Virus record (IMG/VR): IMGVR_UViG_3300006990_000014
Source of the DNA: a virus
Direction: 5' to 3' (one strand)
Length of the DNA: 64,000 nucleotides
Positions 56,991 to 64,000 of the stretch are shown in pieces. The position numbers were made by a program, and so were the translations under genes. The first letter of the stretch is position 1. Every line of letters starts with the position of its first letter. The notes beneath the pieces are model-generated. The model searched no databases and was not told the origin of the DNA. It saw only the letters and a list, made by a program, of their open reading frames with translations.

Positions 56991-57266
56991 ATGGAAAAGT
57001 ATAAATTAGTTAATGACACTGAAGTCAATATTTCACCTTATATATACAAATCTGTTAACAACGAAGAGATAGATTATGATTTAGTTATTACGCAAAGTGG
57101 TAAACGACTAGATCACTATGCATATGATTACTATGAAGATGGATCTTTGTGGTGGATAATTGCTGCAGCTAGTGGTGTAGGTTGGTGGTTACAAGTGCCT
57201 GAAGGTGTTGTTTTAAAGATACCTTTAAACTTAAGTGATATAGAACAAATAAAGGATAGTATTTAA
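56991..57266 (+). CDS. LysM/Tail-X-like baseplate wedge protein (gp53-like)
   Basis: GKRLDHYAYDYYEDGSLWWIIAAASG...VPEGVVLKIP. Confidence 0.8.
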   Translation: MEKYKLVNDTEVNISPYIYKSVNNEEIDYDLVITQSGKRLDHYAYDYYEDGSLWWIIAAASGVGWWLQVPEGVVLKIPLNLSDIEQIKDSI

Positions 57267-57267
57267 A

Positions 57268-60200
57268 ATGTCAACTGGGTTAATTCCAAAAAAATCAATT
57301 TACAGTAATGTAAGTGATTCAACTAATTACGGAAAAGTGCATAAAGTAATTGATGACTCAGGCTTAATAAACTATTTGCAGCTTGTTACAAACGAAGAAA
57401 TACTTTTCGAAACAAATAGTAAAAAAATTAACAAGAAGCTTGATCAAAAACAGTTTTATACATTTATTTCAAATCTTTTTCAATCCTTAACAAACACTGG
57501 ATATACTACTTACGAAATAGTTACATTTATTAGTCAAACAATTAATACTCAACTTAAGTCTGTAAAACCAGAAGTAATTGATTATCTTAAAAAGTCAATA
57601 ATGATTTATCACTCTAATTATGAAGGAAAGCTTGACGGCCGAAATTATAGTGTCGCAAAAAACTTTTTATTTAACCACGTAAAGTCTAACTTAGGTGCTT
57701 ATACATCTGCTACTGGGGCAAGCCTGCTCTCAAAAAAACCAGCTTATAAAAGAGACCTCAAGACTCTCTCAGCGTTTGCAAATTTTAATGCAGCAAATGC
57801 TGCTCTTGTAAATACAACTACTACAACAGGTAAAGCAATAGAAAAATCTATTGCTCAGAGTTTTAAGGCAAGTTCTTTTAATAAAAACATAAAAAATCCA
57901 TCCAAGACCAAAACTTCTGTTTCAAGTATTTTAGTGACAAATCCAGACATGAAAGTTGGCACCCAAAATGCGCTAGAGCTTTCTGCCTTTTTTAATTCTA
58001 TGAATAGCATAGAGTTGAGTAAAGCTTATCCTTTTCTTGATGCCACTTTTGTCTTGCCAAACATATCAGACAAAGGGTCTCCTCAAGATTCTCATGCAAA
58101 GCTAAGAACATCAACCATGAATCAATTTCTTTTTGGGACAAGAAATTCTGGTGAAGTTACGAGTAATTACACAAGCTTCGAAGGAGATCACCTCGGTAAA
58201 AATAGAATTAGAACAAATCTATCTTTATTTAGCACGCCTCAATCTATAGTCAATATGAATGAGCCTATAGGGCATGCACAAAATCATAAAGTAAAAAATA
58301 GACTAACAACAGTACACGATCCTGCAAAGCCTTTTATGACGCTTAAAAACTTTAGCATAAATGCAGCGCCAACAAAAGGATTAATGTCCTATAAAACTGG
58401 AAAGCTAAGTCTAGTTTTACATGATAGAACAAGAATGAATGACATCGCACCTTTTGTAAAGCCTGATTTGTTCGGTGTTTTTGGCGCTGAACTTGTTTTG
58501 GAATACGGCTGGATTAATTCTGACGTCGATAATAAAAACAATCCACTTAGTTACTTTTTAGGCAATTCAAGAGTTACAGAAAAGTATATGATTGTTAATT
58601 CTTCTATGAGTATAGACAACTCTGGTCTTGTCAACATTGATCTTTCTATAGCAATGAAAGGTCCTTATGAGTTTAAAGCTCAGCAAATAGAAACATCAAT
58701 TGCCAATAGAATAACTATAAAAGAAATTTCTAACTACTTTAATTTAATAAGACATAATAGAAAAATACTAGTAAAGTCGTCATCAATAGACAATTCAGAA
58801 AAATTAGACACAATATCTAATGCTATTCTTAATAACTTTACAGATATATTTAGTAGCACACAAAGAATTTCTGAGTCTAGTATTGAAAACATAAGAGTAT
58901 TTATTGATAACTGGTCTTTTTTTCAAGAAGACAGCACTTTTATTATAGATGATCAAAAAAAAATCGATCTTAATGGATTTGGTAATAATAATTTTCCTAA
59001 AATAATGGGTTTGTTAGGATTGACCGGATCAAAGGGTATTTTACAATTAAACGATGATTACGACGTGTCAGCTCTAACTAGGTCTTTTGAAGAAGTAAAG
59101 GAGTCTTTTTCGAATATAATACAAACATTAAAAAAAGTAGTAGATCAAGATGCTGAAGAAGAAGAGCGAGAAAAAGAAATAATACAAAGTGTTGTAGGCG
59201 GATATGGACTAATCGACCCTTTTTTTCCAATTGATTTACCAGAAAACGTAGAAAGCGAAGGTGACTATGTTTCTTTAGGCACTATAATCAATACAATAGT
59301 GCAAGGATATGTCGCAAACTCTGGAAACTTTGATGAAGTTCAAACTATTTTTTATAATACAAATGAGTTTTGTGGTGCAATGTCTTGTTACAATATTGCG
59401 ACTCTTTTAGTATCAAAGTTTGAACTCAAAGAATTGCTTTTAGGTATATTTAGCAAGAGAACAGTAATCACTCCAGAGTCATTAATAACACAAATAATAT
59501 TAAGGTGCATTCAGCATAAAGACAATCCTTCTTACGGATTAAAAGATCTTTACGAAGAAAGAGAAAGTGTTTTTGACCCTGTTAAACCGAAAGACGCACA
59601 AGATGAATCTCAAAGATATCAACTTAAGCTAGCTAGAAAGTTGCATGAAATTTATTACCCAGATGAGCCTTATAACAAAGAAAATGATGTTAAGTTTATT
59701 ATACCACAAATTAGTATGAATTTTGATTGCCTTACAGAGAAAAAACATTCTAATTTTGAAAGAACAGTATTAAGAATATCTATTTATGACAGAACTGAAA
59801 TACCTTTTGCATCTTCAGCTAATATTTTAGAGCAGATATATGGCGAAAACTTGTTAAAACCTATTAATTTACTTGCAAAAACTAGAAAAGATTTAAAGTC
59901 AGGAAAAGGAACAAGAAAAAGTTACATTGAAAATGCAAAAAAAGAAATACAAAAGCTCGAAAAAGAAGGAATTCTCCTAAAAAAAGGCAAAAAATATTTT
60001 ATTAATCACGAAAATATTTCAAAAAACAGCAAACTGTCGTCTAGCTTTATAGGTAATACAAAAGATTTTTACAAGCAGATATATCCTTCTTTAACATTTG
60101 GTACACAAAATACGGCATTAATAAGCGCAAATGTTTCAACCATAAACGAAAACAAATTGCAAACAATATTTCTTACAAGACCAGATAGAAATAATCAAAA

Positions 60201-61863
60201 CGAGATAAACAATAGAGTAAATGCTGATCTTCCGTTAAGAATATTACCTACTCAAGCAAGCGTTGAAATAGTAGGCTGCCCATGGATTAACTTTGGACAA
60301 AGTATTTTTCTTGATTTTGAAACAGGCACAACAATTGACAACAAGTATGTAGTAACTGGAATTACGCATAATCTTTCTCCTGGTAAGTTTACTACAAGTC
60401 TAAAGCTTTCTTATGGTGACAATTACGGACAGTTTGAATCTTCTGCAGACTTAATAGATAAACTACTCAAAGAAACAGGAGGTGAAGGTCTTGAGGTATT
60501 TAGTAGCAATGCAGAAGAAACTTTGACTGAAAGTGATTTTGGTGTTCCAATTAATGCAATACCTATAAGAAAAACGTGGAAGTCTGATCTTGCCGGCACA
60601 GGATTTATCAATACAGCACTTATAGCTCTAGACGCAAAATCGATAGAAGTACCTATATATTCTGACATTATCACCCAGTTTAGAAGTATTTTCTGTTTTT
60701 TGATTTACAACAATAGCTTTTTAGAAAAATTAGTAAAATCTGCTGATATTTTAAAAGAAATGAAAAGTTTTGACACAAAAAACAATAAACGCAACTTTAG
60801 TTTTACAAAAGCTTCAAAATCTAAACCTGATAAAGGTAAAAATCTTTCAAGCGTAATTAGTTATTATTTAAATACTTTTAGAGAGAGAAGTATTTTTTTT
60901 AAAGTAATTGAAGATAAACACTTGAAATCTCCTGTTAAATTTACTTTAGCTTCTGATCAAAACAATATAATAACTGAAGCTGGTAAGTACCCTTTTGTTC
61001 AAACAAAATCATTAAATTGCAAAGTCAATCCTAAGTACAAACCTAGCTTTTTCATAGAAGATTCAGAAAGTTTAAATACAGGTTTAGACTTTTTTATTGA
61101 TATTTCAAAGTCTAGTTTTCATATTGATAAATTTAAAGAAATAAAACCAGTAATACAAAAACAACTAAACGGAGAAGACATTGTTTCTCTAATAAACACA
61201 ATTGATAAAAAGTCTGTATGGCTTGAAGTAGAAGCTACAACAAAAATTATTAATGACTCACCAAGATCTAAGGCAGAAGATGCACCTGATGAATTTGAAG
61301 AAATTGCATCTGATAATGATAATTTTTATTATTCAAAGATTAAAACAAAAAATTTTACAAAAGAACTGTTTGACAAAAAAGAAAGTTCATATTTTAAAAT
61401 ATTTTATAAAACAAAAAACCAGTTTATGGTTGAAAGCAGAAATATCGTAAAAAACATCGGAAGCGAATTGATCAATAAAGTTGAAATTAAATTTGATAAA
61501 AATATAAAAAATATAAATGATGGTCAACTTTTTGACATGAATCTTTCTTTAAATACAGACGAAGAAGAGATAATTATTATCTTAAATACTTATTTTAGTG
61601 ATGAGCGCAATATAGCTAAGTTATTTAAAGTAAAGGACGAAGTAATGAATGAAGGTTTTGTTTGTAAAGTTCCAGTGCTAACATTATATACGAATTTTTT
61701 CAAATTAGACTTTAACAAAAAAGATGAAAATATAATAGAAAATGTAGTAAATGACAAAGGAGAAATTATAGCGCATAAAAAAGAATATACATATTCTTTG
61801 TCGTTAAGAGAATTTATAAATCAGTTTAAAGAAATAGAATATTCTTCGGAGTTTTACAAGTAA
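57268..61863 (+). CDS. Baseplate hub protein (gp27/gpD-like) with long C-terminal extension
   Basis: LVLEYGW; ASVEIVGCPWINFGQSIFLDF...YVVTGITHNLSPGKFTTSLKL hub C-terminal motif, followed by roughly 480 more residues. Confidence 0.65.
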   Translation: MSTGLIPKKSIYSNVSDSTNYGKVHKVIDDSGLINYLQLVTNEEILFETNSKKINKKLDQKQFYTFISNLFQSLTNTGYTTYEIVTFISQTINTQLKSVKPEVIDYLKKSIMIYHSNYEGKLDGRNYSVAKNFLFNHVKSNLGAYTSATGASLLSKKPAYKRDLKTLSAFANFNAANAALVNTTTTTGKAIEKSIAQSFKASSFNKNIKNPSKTKTSVSSILVTNPDMKVGTQNALELSAFFNSMNSIELSKAYPFLDATFVLPNISDKGSPQDSHAKLRTSTMNQFLFGTRNSGEVTSNYTSFEGDHLGKNRIRTNLSLFSTPQSIVNMNEPIGHAQNHKVKNRLTTVHDPAKPFMTLKNFSINAAPTKGLMSYKTGKLSLVLHDRTRMNDIAPFVKPDLFGVFGAELVLEYGWINSDVDNKNNPLSYFLGNSRVTEKYMIVNSSMSIDNSGLVNIDLSIAMKGPYEFKAQQIETSIANRITIKEISNYFNLIRHNRKILVKSSSIDNSEKLDTISNAILNNFTDIFSSTQRISESSIENIRVFIDNWSFFQEDSTFIIDDQKKIDLNGFGNNNFPKIMGLLGLTGSKGILQLNDDYDVSALTRSFEEVKESFSNIIQTLKKVVDQDAEEEEREKEIIQSVVGGYGLIDPFFPIDLPENVESEGDYVSLGTIINTIVQGYVANSGNFDEVQTIFYNTNEFCGAMSCYNIATLLVSKFELKELLLGIFSKRTVITPESLITQIILRCIQHKDNPSYGLKDLYEERESVFDPVKPKDAQDESQRYQLKLARKLHEIYYPDEPYNKENDVKFIIPQISMNFDCLTEKKHSNFERTVLRISIYDRTEIPFASSANILEQIYGENLLKPINLLAKTRKDLKSGKGTRKSYIENAKKEIQKLEKEGILLKKGKKYFINHENISKNSKLSSSFIGNTKDFYKQIYPSLTFGTQNTALISANVSTINENKLQTIFLTRPDRNNQNEINNRVNADLPLRILPTQASVEIVGCPWINFGQSIFLDFETGTTIDNKYVVTGITHNLSPGKFTTSLKLSYGDNYGQFESSADLIDKLLKETGGEGLEVFSSNAEETLTESDFGVPINAIPIRKTWKSDLAGTGFINTALIALDAKSIEVPIYSDIITQFRSIFCFLIYNNSFLEKLVKSADILKEMKSFDTKNNKRNFSFTKASKSKPDKGKNLSSVISYYLNTFRERSIFFKVIEDKHLKSPVKFTLASDQNNIITEAGKYPFVQTKSLNCKVNPKYKPSFFIEDSESLNTGLDFFIDISKSSFHIDKFKEIKPVIQKQLNGEDIVSLINTIDKKSVWLEVEATTKIINDSPRSKAEDAPDEFEEIASDNDNFYYSKIKTKNFTKELFDKKESSYFKIFYKTKNQFMVESRNIVKNIGSELINKVEIKFDKNIKNINDGQLFDMNLSLNTDEEEIIIILNTYFSDERNIAKLFKVKDEVMNEGFVCKVPVLTLYTNFFKLDFNKKDENIIENVVNDKGEIIAHKKEYTYSLSLREFINQFKEIEYSSEFYK

Positions 61864-61864
61864 C

Positions 61865-62962
61865 ATGGCAAATATAGATCAAAACAAAATAAAATCAATA
61901 ATAGAAACACTTGCACGCACATACTTGACTGATTCTACGCCACAAATAAGTCTACCTCTTCCTCGCGCAGCAAGCGCTCCTGTTGACGTCAAAGAAATTG
62001 ACGACAAAGCTTTGGCTGGTCTTAGTTTAAACTTAAGAGTTGTTAAAGGCCCATCAAAAAAATTGTCTGCAATTAAAGCGTCACGATCAAGTCAAAGATA
62101 TTATTATTCAAGTGAAGACTTACTTCCAAAAATATCAAAAACAAGTGATGCAAAGATAAATGGCTATATTGAAGAGCTAAACAAAATAAGCCTCGAAATG
62201 TCTTATGAGTTTTTAACAGATAAAAATAAATTAACTGTAATGGAAAAACAAACAGGCGGAAAAGTTATATATAATAGGGTAGGAAAGAATAACAAAATAG
62301 ATTTTCCTAAACCTAATCAAGTTAGAAGACTTTTGGTTCAACCAGTATTGTTTAAACTTGTTCATTTTGCTTTTCTTTTAACGAATGAAGCTTTTAATGA
62401 CTTAGATCATATTGTAATTTATAGCGGTGGACAATTTCCTTTGTACGAAGCTGGAAAAACTTTAAAGATTGGTAAACAAGAGATAAAAGTGCCACCGAGA
62501 CTTGCATCTAGAACTATTAGACATGATAAAGGCTTTGCATGTGATGTAAGACTTAAAGATAAAAGTGGCAAAAACATGTCTTTAAAAATAGAAAAAGATG
62601 CAAAAATAATAAAAACATTTGCAAGATACTGTTATATGTTAGGAGCACATGGTATAGGCGCGCACGCAGAATATTCCAAAGGAATAGGCTTTCATATCGA
62701 TATAGCAAAAAGAAACGTAGAAGTCACAGGAGAAGATAGTCCGTATAAAAAAATTACCATGGATCAGCTTGATGTAATAACAAAAAGAAAAATATTGCAA
62801 GATATTGCTAAAGACAAGCTTGTAAGTAATTTATCACAATTAATTGCTAAAAAAATAAAAAACACAAACAACGTCAAAGCTTGGGGGCGAGGATCAAGTG
62901 CTAGAGGTAAAAACTTGGCGCCTTGGCTTAAGGCACTTAAAGATGAGCATAGTCATAGTTAA
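61865..62962 (+). CDS. Peptidase M15-like (Hedgehog/DD-peptidase fold) cell-wall hydrolase
   Basis: H-x6-D motif IRHDKGFACDVR plus GIG...FHIDI third ligand. Confidence 0.65.
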   Translation: MANIDQNKIKSIIETLARTYLTDSTPQISLPLPRAASAPVDVKEIDDKALAGLSLNLRVVKGPSKKLSAIKASRSSQRYYYSSEDLLPKISKTSDAKINGYIEELNKISLEMSYEFLTDKNKLTVMEKQTGGKVIYNRVGKNNKIDFPKPNQVRRLLVQPVLFKLVHFAFLLTNEAFNDLDHIVIYSGGQFPLYEAGKTLKIGKQEIKVPPRLASRTIRHDKGFACDVRLKDKSGKNMSLKIEKDAKIIKTFARYCYMLGAHGIGAHAEYSKGIGFHIDIAKRNVEVTGEDSPYKKITMDQLDVITKRKILQDIAKDKLVSNLSQLIAKKIKNTNNVKAWGRGSSARGKNLAPWLKALKDEHSHS

Positions 62963-62977
62963 AATTTAAATAAAATA

Positions 62978-63006
62978 GTGTAAATTATATTATTTGTTTT
63001 TAATAT
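62978..63006 (+). promoter_or_regulatory. Candidate sigma70-like promoter GTGTAA-N17-TAATAT for polA
   Basis: 17-nt spacing; near-copy of the 31753 site; only 6 nt from ATG 63013 and no SD, so possibly leaderless. Confidence 0.45.
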
Positions 63007-63012
63007 TTAAAT

Positions 63013-64000
63013 ATGAACATAAAAGATATAAATAAAACAATTAATTTTGCAAAGATTTATAATTTAGACTTACCAAGACTCTACAGTTTAAATCTAAAAT
63101 TTCTTAAGAAAGAAATAAAAAGTTTAGATTGGCAGTCTATTTTACCTGATCACTTTTTAGAAGATTTTTACGACGATATTGATTTAATTAAAAATAGACT
63201 AAGCGATTTAGATAAAGACTTTAGCTTCTTGAAAAGGTATGATTTATATGAAGATTTTCTTAATAGTTTCGTAGAGTCCAAAATCGATATTTTAGCTTAC
63301 AAAGCTTTTCTTGAGATAGAAAGTAATGAAACAGTAAAGTCGTCAATTAAATCTTTTAAGCCTACAAATAGTTTTGCAAGTAAAATAGAGTATGCAAACA
63401 ATACAGTAACAGGAAGATTAACTGTAAAAGAAGGCCCAAGAATATTAACCTTACCTAAAAGGTGTAGAAACATATTAAAATCTTCATTTTTAAATGGTAA
63501 AATAGTATCAGTCGACTTTTGCAATCTAGAGCCTCGTCTTGCATTGCACCTTCTTGATAAAAGCAACAATGAAGATATATACGAATACTTTAGAGATAAG
63601 GTATCGTTTAACGTAGACAGATCAGTTATTAAAAGAGCAGTTATTTCTATTCTCTACGGAGCAAAAAGTAATAATTTAGCAGACTTAACGCATGCTAGGT
63701 CTGAAGAAGTATTTAATATGTTAAAAAGTTATTTTAATATTCCAAATCTTTTAAATATTGCTGAAAGTAAAAAGAATAATTCTTTTAGAAGAAACTATTT
63801 CGGAAGACCTTTGCATAATATTAAAGAAATAAAAGAAAACATAATAGTAAATAACTACATACAATCAACTGCAGTAGATATATCTTTAAAATGTTTTTCA
63901 GAATTGTCTAACACAATTGACAAAAACTTATGTAGACCAATTTATGTTTTGCATGATGCAATTATTTTTGACGTAAGTAGTAATTACATAAAAGAGTTAA
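63013..64000 (+). CDS. polA: Family A DNA polymerase, polymerase domain only, 3'-truncated by window end (absent from the ORF track)
   Basis: Hand translation from ATG 63013 is open to 64000: TVTGRL, motif A VDFCNLEPR, motif B RSVIKRAVISILYG, NYFGR, NYIQSTAVD, motif C LHDAIIFD. Confidence 0.85.
   Translation, partial: MNIKDINKTINFAKIYNLDLPRLYSLNLKFLKKEIKSLDWQSILPDHFLEDFYDDIDLIKNRLSDLDKDFSFLKRYDLYEDFLNSFVESKIDILAYKAFLEIESNETVKSSIKSFKPTNSFASKIEYANNTVTGRLTVKEGPRILTLPKRCRNILKSSFLNGKIVSVDFCNLEPRLALHLLDKSNNEDIYEYFRDKVSFNVDRSVIKRAVISILYGAKSNNLADLTHARSEEVFNMLKSYFNIPNLLNIAESKKNNSFRRNYFGRPLHNIKEIKENIIVNNYIQSTAVDISLKCFSELSNTIDKNLCRPIYVLHDAIIFDVSSNYIKEL

Noticed and set aside
34272-62962. Bacterial extracellular contractile injection system (multiple sheaths, tube, LysM)
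   Set aside because: Contiguous with terminase, portal, protease, scaffold and capsid genes, so this is a phage tail
1-64000. CRISPR array, tRNA, rRNA, integrase or IS element
   Set aside because: No repeat-spacer pattern, cloverleaf signatures or recombinase/transposase motifs seen; all tandem repeats are in-frame coding repeats
1-64000. Stop-codon reassignment as in some jumbo phages
   Set aside because: Conserved genes are full length in code 11 and end in TAA, TAG (e.g. 13049, 17513, 49639) and TGA (e.g. 7684, 16687)

Overview
AT-rich, gene-dense segment of a large T4-like myovirus (jumbo-phage type), standard genetic code (TAA, TAG and TGA all end genes), strong AGGAG Shine-Dalgarno sites. 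Order on the + strand: baseplate/fibre-anchor genes; RuvC-like resolvase, DNA primase and a single-chain Mre11-Rad50 fusion; terminase large subunit, portal, prohead protease, core/scaffold proteins and major capsid protein; a variable island (1122-aa minus-strand protein, HExxH protein, VOC/glyoxalase protein, GIY-YIG nuclease, acidic repeat lipoprotein, membrane proteins, a paralogous gene pair behind a structured leader, a Lys/Ala/Pro-repeat protein); neck genes, three tail-sheath paralogs around one tail tube gene, a tail chaperone with a probable +1/-2 frameshift, tape measure, tube initiator, LysM/gp53-like protein, hub, an M15-type peptidase, and a compact family-A DNA polymerase running off the right end. 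I found no tRNA, rRNA, CRISPR array, integrase, intron or intein. All product calls come from motif recognition by eye, without database searches. Best leads: the structured leader at 32181-32259, the triple-sheath tail with an SD-occluding hairpin before the third sheath, the chaperone frameshift, a shared prohead-targeting/cleavage-like peptide family, and the exonuclease-less PolA.
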